A DNA stretch of 64,000 bases from Clostridia bacterium. Its GTDB lineage: Bacteria; Bacillota; Clostridia; TANB77; CAG-508. The DNA lies in the NCBI GenBank assembly GCA_017626365.1, contig JAGAIV010000021.1, forward strand, positions 6,921-70,920, given 5' to 3'. This document shows, one piece after another, positions 52,237 to 62,270 of this stretch. The notes beneath the pieces are model-generated. The model had not been told where the DNA came from. It saw only the letters and a list, made by a program, of their open reading frames with translations, and did not search any database. The translations under genes were made by a program, and so were the position numbers. Within the stretch, counting starts at the first letter, position 1. Every line of letters starts with the position of its first letter.

Positions 52237-53331
52237 GTGACATATGTACTAATACTACTTGTAGTAATTATTATAGCATTGATGGTATACAATGTTATCA
52301 TCTATAAACGTATTCGTAATTTTGATAATATTAACCAAAAAATCACAGGTTTAAATGTATTACAAGATTTTATGAATACTATAGGAGAATATTCTAGTGT
52401 AGATGAAAAAATTGAAAAAATTAATGAAATTGTAATTGAAAAATATAATATTAAATACTCAACTATTGTTATGTTTGATGGTGCAGAATATGTCATAAAA
52501 GCATCCAATGTGCAAGAGCAACATTGGGAAGCTTTAAGAAATCTTCACAATCAAGATATTTTTAAAGATAGCATTCAAACAGCAACTCCAAAATATGTTA
52601 CAATAAATCATGAGGGAGAAAGACTACCATACCAAACAATGGAATTTGGAAGAGCAAAGTCAGCAATGTTTTTTCCATTATATATTGATAACATTTATAT
52701 TGGTTATTGGATTATTGAAAGCGGAGAACCTCATGCATTTGATAAAATTGATACTACTATTTTAGAAGTAGTAAAAGAAAATATTATTTCTGTTTATAAA
52801 ACAGTATCATATCAAAATACTGTTGAAAATATTGCAAGAAAAGACCAATTTTCAGAATTAAATTCAGCAGAATACATTTATGGAAAAGGAAAGAAAACGA
52901 TTGATAAATATGAGACCTCTACTGTTTGTATGTTTAAAATTATTAATCTAGAAGAAATTAATAAAAAATATACTAGAGAAACCGGAAATGCGATTATTAC
53001 CGAAATAAGTTCTTATATCAAAGAAAGCATTTCATCAGAATATATTTTTGTAAGATATATGGGACCAAAATTTGCGATTGTTTTTTCAGGAGTAGACCTA
53101 CAAAGTGTTGTTGAATTTGTTCAAGATTTAAAAAACAATATTGAAGATATTGAAATAGAAGAAGTAGTTGAACAGCCGAAAGAAGAGGAAGAATCAAGAT
53201 ATGTTAGTGCAAAATTGAATTTTGTATTAACGACCTATTACAAAGGAACGGCAATTGAAAATGTAACGAAAAAATTAGAAGAATATTTAGATAATGCGGA
53301 TAAAAATGAAAGCGATATCAATAATATATAA
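52237..53331 (+). CDS. TM-anchored GAF domain protein with a degenerate GGDEF domain
   Basis: GGDEF-like fold in which MGPKF replaces GGDEF; GTG start. Confidence 0.5.
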   Translation: MTYVLILLVVIIIALMVYNVIIYKRIRNFDNINQKITGLNVLQDFMNTIGEYSSVDEKIEKINEIVIEKYNIKYSTIVMFDGAEYVIKASNVQEQHWEALRNLHNQDIFKDSIQTATPKYVTINHEGERLPYQTMEFGRAKSAMFFPLYIDNIYIGYWIIESGEPHAFDKIDTTILEVVKENIISVYKTVSYQNTVENIARKDQFSELNSAEYIYGKGKKTIDKYETSTVCMFKIINLEEINKKYTRETGNAIITEISSYIKESISSEYIFVRYMGPKFAIVFSGVDLQSVVEFVQDLKNNIEDIEIEEVVEQPKEEEESRYVSAKLNFVLTTYYKGTAIENVTKKLEEYLDNADKNESDINNI

Positions 53332-53349
53332 AAAGAGGGGGGAATTGTT

Positions 53350-53604
53350 ATGGATATGGACAAAACAATGAGTTTTACAGTAGAAAAAGACAAAAATGTA
53401 AGAGCAAGAGAAATTTTAAAAACAGTGTACCAAGCACTATTAGAAAAAGGATATAATCCAATTAACCAAATTGTTGGATATATTTTATCAGGTGACCCAA
53501 CCTACATTACATCTCATAAAGATGCAAGAAATTTAATTCGTTTAATTGAAAGAGATGAACTATTAGAAAAAATGGTAAAAAATTATATAGGATTAGATGA
53601 GTAA
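53350..53604 (+). CDS. UPF0297 / IreB-family protein
   Basis: [32 protein letters not shown]. Confidence 0.8.
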   Translation: MDMDKTMSFTVEKDKNVRAREILKTVYQALLEKGYNPINQIVGYILSGDPTYITSHKDARNLIRLIERDELLEKMVKNYIGLDE

Positions 53605-53605
53605 T

Positions 53606-54044
53606 ATGCGAACATTAGGAATTGATTATGGAGATGCAAGGGTAGGAATAGCGATATCAGATGCACTTCGGAATTACTGCTCAAGGATTAGAAACTATTC
53701 ATCATAATGGAAATGATAAAGTGGTATTAAAACGCTTAGAAGAAATAATGAACCAATATGAAATTGATACCATTGCTATTGGAATGCCATATCATATGAA
53801 TGGTGAAAGCTCTACTAGAGTAGAAGTGACCAAGCAATTTATTCATAAATTAAATTGTAAATTTAATCAAGTGCAAGTAGTAGAGATTGATGAAAGGCTA
53901 ACAACGGTTGCAGCTCATAAAACAATGAATTTTTTAGAAGTGGATAAACATAAAAAAAGAGATATTGTAGATACGATTTCAGCAGTATATATCCTAGAAA
54001 TGTATATGAATAAAAAGAAAAATGAAGATTCAAAATCTCTTTAA
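53606..54044 (+). CDS. ruvX: Putative pre-16S rRNA nuclease / Holliday-junction resolvase-like YqgF (RuvX), with an apparent +1 break at in-frame CGG 53669
   Basis: MRTLGIDYGDARVGIAISDAL lies in one frame and GITAQGLETI... in the next. Skipping the C of ctt-CGG-aat restores DALGITAQG. Confidence 0.75.
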
Positions 54045-54141
54045 AAAGTATATTCAATTAAAAAATGTAAATACTAAATTTTAATGGTTATCAATGTTGT
54101 AGAAATACAATTATATATAAATTTGAAAGGAGAAAAAGAAA

Positions 54142-54456
54142 ATGGATGAAAATAATAACCCAGAGGAAGAATTAGATAATATCATTGTTCTAAATGATGA
54201 AAATGGAGAGGAAGTTCAATTTGAATTTTTAGACTTAGTAGAATTAGATGGAGAAGAATATGTTGTTTTACTACCAGCTGATGAAGCTGAAAATGAAGAC
54301 GAAGCAGGAGAAGTTGTTATTCTAAAAGTAGAAGATACAGATTCAGAAGAAGAAGAATCATATGTTAGTGTAGATGACGAAGAAGTACTAAACAAAGTAT
54401 TCGAAATATTCAAAGAAAAATTCAAAGATGAATTTAACTTTATTGATGAAGAATAA
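54142..54456 (+). CDS. DUF1292 acidic protein (YrzB-like)
   Basis: Synteny ireB-ruvX-DUF1292; VLNDENGEEVQFEFLDLVELDGEEYVVL. Confidence 0.7.
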   Translation: MDENNNPEEELDNIIVLNDENGEEVQFEFLDLVELDGEEYVVLLPADEAENEDEAGEVVILKVEDTDSEEEESYVSVDDEEVLNKVFEIFKEKFKDEFNFIDEE

Positions 54457-54526
54457 AAATAAGGTATAATGTACAAAGCCTCTGTATAAGATTTATTAAG
54501 AAATTTTATATGGAGGCAAATTTTAT

Positions 54527-55279
54527 ATGAAAGTAATTAAAATTCGCAAAAAACATTTATTACTGTTTGCATTTCTATTTATAACAATAGAATTTTTTTT
54601 CTTTGGAAGCAAAATATCATTGGCAATGCAACATTATTATAAATTAGACTTTTCTACTGGTCTTGTAACAGCAAGTACATTAAATGTTAGAAGTGGACCA
54701 AGTACGAAATATCCAGTTGTTACTACAGTGAAGAAAAATGAGTATATTAGAGTTTTTGCTGGCATTGGGGATTGGTATGTTATTCAAACAGACACAGATC
54801 ATGTGGGGGCAGTTAGTAAACAATATGTAAAAGCAATTTATCCAAGTAGCAATAATACGGGAAATAGTACAGGTAATAATACAAATCAAACCAGTTTAAC
54901 AAGTGATGAACAAGAAGTTTTTAACTTAATCAATGCGCAAAGAACCAAAAATGGATTAACAGCTTTAAAAATAGATAATGAAGTCCAAAGAGTGGCAAGA
55001 ATAAAAGCACAAGATATGGTAGATAATAATTATTTTTCGCATAATTCACCTATTTATGGTTCGCCATTCGATATGTTAAAAAGTTTTAAAATATCCTACA
55101 AAACAGCAGGAGAAAATATAGCAGGCAATTCTAGCAATACAGCAGCAGTGAATGCATGGATGAATTCATCAGGTCATAAAGCAAATATTTTAAATAGCAA
55201 TTATAATTATACAGGAATTGGAGTTGTAAAAAGTCCAAAATATGGAAAAATGTATGTACAGATGTTTATTGGAAAATAA
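54527..55279 (+). CDS. Secreted SH3b plus CAP (SCP/PR-1) domain protein
   Basis: Signal peptide; YIRVFAGIGDWYVIQ (SH3b); CAP motifs HNSP...GENIA...NSSGHKANIL. Confidence 0.7.
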   Translation: MKVIKIRKKHLLLFAFLFITIEFFFFGSKISLAMQHYYKLDFSTGLVTASTLNVRSGPSTKYPVVTTVKKNEYIRVFAGIGDWYVIQTDTDHVGAVSKQYVKAIYPSSNNTGNSTGNNTNQTSLTSDEQEVFNLINAQRTKNGLTALKIDNEVQRVARIKAQDMVDNNYFSHNSPIYGSPFDMLKSFKISYKTAGENIAGNSSNTAAVNAWMNSSGHKANILNSNYNYTGIGVVKSPKYGKMYVQMFIGK

Positions 55280-55376
55280 AATAAAAAATAGTGCAATAGT
55301 TTTTAGAAAAAACAATTGTACTATTTTTTTTCTTGTGATATAGTAAGAAAGAAATTAAAAGAAAGGAAGAAATAAA

Positions 55377-57601
55377 TTGGAAATTCAAGGTAGACTAAAC
55401 GATATTATTTATCAAAATGAAGTAAATAGTTATACGGTTGCGATATTTGAAACCGATGAAGAAGAATTAACAATTGTTGGTTATCTTCCTTTTATTCATC
55501 CAGGAGATAGTCTAAAATTAATAGGAAAATACGTAACACATCAAGATTATGGACAACAATTTAAAATTGATTCTTTTGAAAAAATGATGCCACAAACCCT
55601 AGAAGCATTAGAACAGTACTTATCTAATGGAATCATTAAAGGGATAGGTCCTTCGACAGCTAAGAAAATTGTAGATACATTTGGAGAGGATACCATTCAT
55701 ATTTTTAAATATGAGCCAGAAAAACTAGCACTTATTAAAGGAATTACGAAGGAAAAAGCACTTGTAATGTCACAAGATTTTAATGAAAATTGGGAATTAT
55801 GGCAGATTGTTGGGTATTTAGAACGATTTGGAATTGGACCACAAAATGCAAAAAAAGTGTATGAATTATTAGGTGCAAATGCTATTCAACAAATCGAAGA
55901 AAATCCATATATATTAGTAGATATAGCAAGAGGAATAGATTTTAAACAGATTGATAAAATGGCGATGGATATTGGAATTTCATACAATAGCGAAAAAAGA
56001 GTAGAAAGTGGTATTAAATATAGCCTTCTTCGCATCCGGATATAATGGACACACCTGTGTACAAAAAGATAAATTAGTGCAGTTTGTAAAAGATTTGTTA
56101 CAAGTAGAAGAAGAAGCAATTACAAACAGTCTCATTAATTTAAATGTGAAAAAGGAAATTGTGTTAGAAAGCCAAGAAAGAGGAATAGAATTAGTATATT
56201 TATATCCATATTATATGGCGGAGTTAAGTATTGCCGAAAAATTAATTAGGTTAAGAGATTCTGAAAATAATAAAGAAATCAAAAAATTCAAGCAAGAATT
56301 AAAAAAGTTAGAAAAAGAATCAAGCATGGAATTATCCGATAAACAAAAAGAAGCATTAGAATTGGTAAATGAGGAAAATGTGTGTATTATTACTGGTGGA
56401 CCAGGAACTGGAAAAACTACGGTTATCAAGAGTATTATTGAATTATATGAAGCACATTCAAAAAAGGTAGTTCTATGTGCACCAACAGGAAGAGCAGCCA
56501 AACGTATGACAGAGGCCACTGGAAAAGAAGCAAAAACCTTGCATCGTTTATTAGAAATTGGAAAAATAGAAGAAGAAGTTAGTAAAAATATGGAACATGA
56601 TGTAGCACCTATTGATGCGGATATTATTATTGTAGATGAAGTATCTATGGTAGATGTATTTTTAATGAACTATTTAGTAAAAGCTATTTATAAAGGAACG
56701 AAGCTAATTTTAGTAGGAGATGCTGACCAATTGCCATCAGTAGGCCCTGGTAGTATTTTAAAAGATATGATTGAATCTGGAGAAATTGCAACCATTCATT
56801 TAGATAAAATTTTTAGGCAAGCAGCAAAAAGTAAAATTATTGTAAATGCTCATAGAGTAAATGAGGGAGAGCCATTTTTAACAAAAGAAGAAGCAGAAGG
56901 TATGGAATCAAACGAAGATTTTTTTTATATTCGTCCAAATACACAAGAGGAAATGTTGTACGAAGTACTAACCTTAAGTAGTAAAAGACTTTCTAAATTT
57001 GGAGATTATGATTTTTTTACTAACATTCAAGTTTTATCTCCGACTAAAAAAGGAAGTTTAGGAACTAAAGAATTAAATAAGGCTTTACAAGAAACGCTAA
57101 ATCCGCCATCAGATTTTAAAAGAGAAAAAAATAGCATGGGGGTTATTTTCCGAGAACAAGATAAAATTATGCAAATTCGAAACAATTACGATATTTATTG
57201 GGAGAAAAAAGAACCAGAATATGAATATGGAAGTGGCGTATTTAATGGAGAGATGGGAACCATTGAAACAATAGACGAAATCGAAAAACAGGTAAAAATA
57301 AGATTTGATGATGATAAGGAAGCATGGTATGCTTTTTCCGACCTAGATCAAATTGAGCATGCTTATGCCATTACTATTCACAAAGCACAACGGAAGTGAA
57401 TTTGATGTTGTTATTATGGTAGTACCACCATCTTCTAATATGCTACTAACCAGAAATTTACTATACACAGGTTTAACCAGAGCAAAAAAATTACTAATAC
57501 TAATTAGCCAAGATAAGATTATTCAATTTATGATAAATAATTCAGATACAAAGAAAAGGAATACGGGACTTGTGTATAAATTAAGAAATATTAATATTTA
57601 A
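55377..57601 (+). CDS. recD2: RecD2-type ATP-dependent DNA helicase. Three ORF pieces are joined by two apparent +1 breaks at in-frame CGG codons (56037 and 57391).
   Basis: ...SLLRI(R>G)YNGHTCVQKDKLV..., Walker A GGPGTGKTT, ...HKAQ(R>G)SEFDVVIMVVPP motif VI. Confidence 0.75.
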
Positions 57602-57649
57602 AATGGGGGTTATAAATTTAACTCTCATTTTATTTTAGGAGGAAAGAAT

Positions 57650-58294
57650 ATGATGCAAACATTCATTAACTTAATTTACCCAAAAGTATGTGGAATTTGT
57701 GGAGAAATTTCAAAAGAGGATATTTGCAATAAATGCAAAGTGAGAATTAAAAAGTGGCAAAGAAACAAAAAGCATATTTATTTAACAAAAAATTTTACAA
57801 CACATATGTATATATTTGATTATCAAGACATTATTAGACAAAGAATACTAGAATACAAATTCTACGAAAAAACGTATCTTTTTCGAAGTTTTGTAAAAAT
57901 TATTTTAAATGATAAAAAAATATGTGGATTTTTGAAAAGTTATGATATAATAATTCCAGTTCCGATTAGCAAAAAAAGAAAAAGACAAAGAGGATACAAT
58001 CAAAGCGAAATGATTGCCAAACAAATTGCAAAACAAACGGAAAAATTAGAATATCGAAGCGATATTTTATACAAAATAAAAGATACTTTACCACAAAGTT
58101 TATTAAATAAAGAAAAAAGAGAACAAAATATACAAGGTGCGTATTACATAAAAAAAGAAGAAATTGTGCAAAATAAGAAAATCTTATTATTGGATGATAT
58201 TTATACAACAGGAAACACGGTAAATGAATGTAGTAGAATTTTAAAACAAGCAGGAACAAAAGAAATTGGTGTATTAACACTTGCAAAAGATTAG
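57650..58294 (+). CDS. comFC: ComF family protein (ComFC-like phosphoribosyltransferase with N-terminal zinc ribbon)
   Basis: CGICGE...CNKC; C-terminal LLLDDIYTTGNT PRTase motif. Confidence 0.7.
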   Translation: MMQTFINLIYPKVCGICGEISKEDICNKCKVRIKKWQRNKKHIYLTKNFTTHMYIFDYQDIIRQRILEYKFYEKTYLFRSFVKIILNDKKICGFLKSYDIIIPVPISKKRKRQRGYNQSEMIAKQIAKQTEKLEYRSDILYKIKDTLPQSLLNKEKREQNIQGAYYIKKEEIVQNKKILLLDDIYTTGNTVNECSRILKQAGTKEIGVLTLAKD

Positions 58295-58311
58295 AATAGA
58301 AGAGGTGGAAT

Positions 58312-60294
58312 ATGGAAGATTTAGTAGAAAGTATTTTAGACTATGTAAGAAATGATTATACTGATTATGCCATTATGATTAATGGAGAATGGGGAAGTGG
58401 AAAAACTTACTTTTGGAACCACAAAATAAAAAACAAAATTGAATCTATGCATATTAATGGAAAACAATATACAACCATTTATATGTCTTTATATGGAATT
58501 TCAAACTTAGAAGAAATTAGCAAAAAAATATTTATTGAAACCACACAACTAATGGATAAGAATCTAAAACGATACATGGAAGCAAATGGTCAAACAACCA
58601 TTCCAGAATATGCGAAAACTGGTCTTGATATGGCAAATTTCTTTGGAGTTACTAAAAATGGTGACCAAATTGATTATGGTGAATTTTTTACAACCGATGA
58701 TAAAGTGTTATGCTTTGACGACCTAGAAAGAGCAAATGTGGATGTTATTGATATTTTAGGTTATATCAATAATTTTGTTGAACATGACCATATTAAAACA
58801 ATTATTATTTGTAATGAAAAAGAATTATCAACTAAATTAAAAAGTAACAACTTGGAAATGAAGACTTTTATAGCAACGTATCTTCTAGATAAAGAAGGAG
58901 ATTTGGAAAAAGCAAGCGACAAACCAATGGTAGAAAAAATTCAAGATAAAATTGAATACGTTTTTGATAAAGCAAACGATTATGAAAGAATTAAAGAAAA
59001 ACTAATTGGAGAAACGTTTGAATATGCTCCAGAATTTACGTATATTATTAATGGATTATTAATGCGATACGAGAATAATGAAGATTTAATCCGATTTTTA
59101 AGAGAAAATACAGGACTAATTATTTCTACTTTTAACAAAAGTGGAACAAGGAACCTAAGAATTCTAAAACATGCTTTAAATGATTTTAGAAAAATATTCG
59201 ATATGGTAAATAAGTATTATCCAAATACCAATAATAGAGTATTGCAAACGATGCTTATTTTTACTATTGCAGTTTCTTTTGAAATAAAAGCAGGAAAGAT
59301 TACAAAAGATAAGTTTGTCAATATTAAAGATAATGAAGAATATAAATCAATTTTAGTATCATCGAGAGTATTGTTAACGGACAATCGTCAGTTTTATATT
59401 AAAGAATTTGATAATAACTATTATTATAATTTCAAATCTGAATATCGTTTTATCAAGTTTATTGAAATATATGTACGTACTAGAATTTTCAATATGAAAG
59501 TATTTAAGGAAAATATGGAAGTTATTATTAATACGGTTGATACAGATAAGCTTCCAGGATATAAGAGATTACTAACGGAAGAATATTGGAAAATTAGCGA
59601 TGACCAATTTGATGGTGTTATTGAAGAAGTAATTGAAGATGTAAAAAATGGAAAAATCCGTTTAATAGATATTGTAAAATTATTTGCATACTTTAGCTAC
59701 TTTATAAAAAAAGGATTAATTAATTATGATATGAAAACCATAAAAAGTGTGTTTTTCAATGGAATGAATATTTCTTCCTTAACATCAGAATACTGTGATA
59801 ATGTAGAAGAAGAACTTGCTGAAATTACAGTTGGTGAAGTAAGCCCAGACATTGAAGAAATTTTAAAACATTTTAATAAGCTAAATGTTCAATTGAAAGA
59901 TAAAATGTATATTGAAAAAGCAGAGCAAATATTTAAATGTATTCCAATGCGTATGGAAGAATTCTATGAAAGATTTGATAAAGAATGTATGAACATTCCT
60001 ATTTTTAAATACTATGATGTATTCCAAATGTTTCAAAGGATTTCTTGTGCAAGTAATGAAGATATAGTAACTATTAAGGAAAAATTAGTCAACCGTGTAA
60101 AGTTATATCCAGCAGAAATTGAGCCAGAGATGAAAAATATTAAGCAATTAAAACAATTAATTGATGATTATACTAAAAATAAAGAATCAACAATTAAAAT
60201 TGTTATGCTTAGAGAATTTTCGAAGGACTTAGAATATATTTTAGACCAATATAAAACGCCATTACTTGGAGGAAAGAAAGAAGAAATAGAATAG
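58312..60294 (+). CDS. KAP-family P-loop NTPase (660 aa)
   Basis: INGEWGSGKTYFW Walker A near the N-terminus; long helical C-terminal region. Confidence 0.6.
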   Translation: MEDLVESILDYVRNDYTDYAIMINGEWGSGKTYFWNHKIKNKIESMHINGKQYTTIYMSLYGISNLEEISKKIFIETTQLMDKNLKRYMEANGQTTIPEYAKTGLDMANFFGVTKNGDQIDYGEFFTTDDKVLCFDDLERANVDVIDILGYINNFVEHDHIKTIIICNEKELSTKLKSNNLEMKTFIATYLLDKEGDLEKASDKPMVEKIQDKIEYVFDKANDYERIKEKLIGETFEYAPEFTYIINGLLMRYENNEDLIRFLRENTGLIISTFNKSGTRNLRILKHALNDFRKIFDMVNKYYPNTNNRVLQTMLIFTIAVSFEIKAGKITKDKFVNIKDNEEYKSILVSSRVLLTDNRQFYIKEFDNNYYYNFKSEYRFIKFIEIYVRTRIFNMKVFKENMEVIINTVDTDKLPGYKRLLTEEYWKISDDQFDGVIEEVIEDVKNGKIRLIDIVKLFAYFSYFIKKGLINYDMKTIKSVFFNGMNISSLTSEYCDNVEEELAEITVGEVSPDIEEILKHFNKLNVQLKDKMYIEKAEQIFKCIPMRMEEFYERFDKECMNIPIFKYYDVFQMFQRISCASNEDIVTIKEKLVNRVKLYPAEIEPEMKNIKQLKQLIDDYTKNKESTIKIVMLREFSKDLEYILDQYKTPLLGGKKEEIE

Positions 60295-60381
60295 ATAAAA
60301 TTCAAAAAATGTCAAAATTGTGCATAAAAATTTTTCCAAGACAAATACTAAAATAAACTAAAAACAAAAGGAGGGAAAGTT

Positions 60382-60936
60382 TTGAAAGCAACAGGTGTCG
60401 TAAGACGTATTGATGATTTAGGAAGAATTGTTATTCCAAAAGAAATAAGAAAGACATTGAGAATTAAAGAGGGAGATCCACTTGAAATATTTACCGATAA
60501 AGAAGGAGAAGTTATATTAAAGAAATATTCACCAATTGGAGAACTTTCTGAATTTGCAACAGGATATGCAGAAACATTATCAAAAACTACTGGTCATATT
60601 GCTTGTATTACAGATAAAGATACTGTTATTGCAGTTTCTGGAGGTTCCAAAAAAGAATTTTTAGAGCAAGATTTAAGCCAAGAATTAGAACAATTATTAG
60701 AAGATAAAGAAATATATACAAGTAAAGAAAACAATGAAGTATCAATTCCAATCACAAAAAATGATAGCAAAGAGAGAAAATATAATTCTCAAGTTGTATA
60801 TCCAATTATTTCACAAGGAGATGTAATAGGAAGTGTTATATTGTTATCAAAAGATAGTAATACAAAAATGGGAGATACAGAATTAAAAGTAGTACAATCA
60901 GCAGCAGGATTTTTAGGTAGTCAAATGGATATATAA
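60382..60936 (+). CDS. spoVT: Stage V sporulation regulator SpoVT (AbrB-type N-terminus plus GAF-like domain)
   Basis: MKATGVVRRIDDLGRIVIPKEIRKTLRIKEGDPLEIFTDKEGEVILKKYSPIGEL. Confidence 0.9.
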   Translation: MKATGVVRRIDDLGRIVIPKEIRKTLRIKEGDPLEIFTDKEGEVILKKYSPIGELSEFATGYAETLSKTTGHIACITDKDTVIAVSGGSKKEFLEQDLSQELEQLLEDKEIYTSKENNEVSIPITKNDSKERKYNSQVVYPIISQGDVIGSVILLSKDSNTKMGDTELKVVQSAAGFLGSQMDI

Positions 60937-60939
60937 TAA

Positions 60940-60992
60940 AATAGTGGAAAAAACAGGAACTTTTTTCTTGTTATTTTCCACTATTTATGCTA
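60940..60992 (+). terminator. Long hairpin after spoVT
   Basis: AATAGTGGAAAAAACAGGAAC...TTCTTGTTATTTTCCACTATT. Confidence 0.6.
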
Positions 60993-61627
60993 TAATACCA
61001 AATGATGGTGCATTATTCTAGTAATATTGTCTATTACGAGGGTGGGGCTAAAAATCCACTAAAGGGCATATCGATGAAGTTTCTTGTTAGTGCGCGGTAA
61101 CGCCCAGTTTTGTGTGCTTTCAGGGAGTAAAGATGTTAGGAAAATATGTAATGGCATACATAGCATTTATCCTATCGTCGCGGAGGCTTAATCAGTTTTT
61201 TTAAAATTCAGTTTAAGTAAAACCTATATAAAGTGCCAAGACACAATATATAGAGTAGCCTGTCTCGAGTGGTAAGTTTGGGATTAGTTGAAACGGTTTT
61301 TTCATTACAATAGCTAAGTAATAAAGAAATTATGACTATGAAATTATTACTGCAAAAAAGACTAGTAATAGATCCAATATTTCAAGGAAAACTTCTAGAA
61401 TGTTTGTACAAAGTACGAGAAAGTCTAAGGATTAAGGTGTAGATTTTAGTGGCTGTCTGGTATTCTTTTATCTCCTTTAAAACTAGATAAAAGAATATTT
61501 TCTTTAAATGGAAACAGCTAAACAGTAATGTTTAGTAGAAAATAGAGAAATTCGGCTAGACCTATACTACAAAGTTTACTTAGGCTTTTACCATCTTTAT
61601 ATATAATATGAATAAGAGGAGAAACAA

Positions 61628-62176
61628 TTGAAAGAAAATAAAGAAAATAACGGAAATGTAAAATGGTTTATTGAAGTTTTTATTATTACTTTTATATTAT
61701 CCCTATTTTTTTCATACATATCAACAACAGCAATAAATGATATACCAATGCTACCAGCAATTATAATATTACTTGCTGTAATAGCAGTTGGTATTATATT
61801 TGATATAGTAGGAGTAGCGGTAACTGTAGCAGGAGAAGAAGAATTTCATGCAAAAGCAAGTAAAAAAATACCGGGAGCAAAAACAGCAGTTAGACTAATA
61901 AGAAATTCATCTATAGTAGCTAATATTTGTGCAGATGTAATTGGAGATATTTGTGGAGTATTAAGTGGAGCAATCAGTGCAATTGTTGCGATGAAAATAG
62001 CACAACTTTATGAACTATCCTTCCCAATCCAATTTTTAATTAGTGCATTAGTTGCATCATTAACAGTTGGAGGAAAAGCACTAGGAAAAGGTTTTGCTAA
62101 AAAAGAAAGTGGAAGCATTGTATGGATTGTTTCAAAAATCATAAAGCCATTTTATCGTGAGAAAAAAGAAAAATAA
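61628..62176 (+). CDS. Hypothetical integral membrane protein (182 aa)
   Basis: TTG start after aggag; 4-5 TM segments. Confidence 0.45.
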   Translation: MKENKENNGNVKWFIEVFIITFILSLFFSYISTTAINDIPMLPAIIILLAVIAVGIIFDIVGVAVTVAGEEEFHAKASKKIPGAKTAVRLIRNSSIVANICADVIGDICGVLSGAISAIVAMKIAQLYELSFPIQFLISALVASLTVGGKALGKGFAKKESGSIVWIVSKIIKPFYREKKEK

Positions 62177-62195
62177 GAAAAAACAATAACAAGAG

Positions 62196-62224
62196 TTGAC
62201 AGTTAGTATTTGTTAATATAAAAT
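62196..62224 (+). promoter_or_regulatory. Sigma-A-like promoter TTGACA-N17-TAAAAT
   Basis: ttgacagttagtatttgttaatataaaat. Confidence 0.4.
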
Positions 62225-62270
62225 AAAGGCATAAAGTAAAATATTACTAAAATTTACGAAGGAGGAAACA

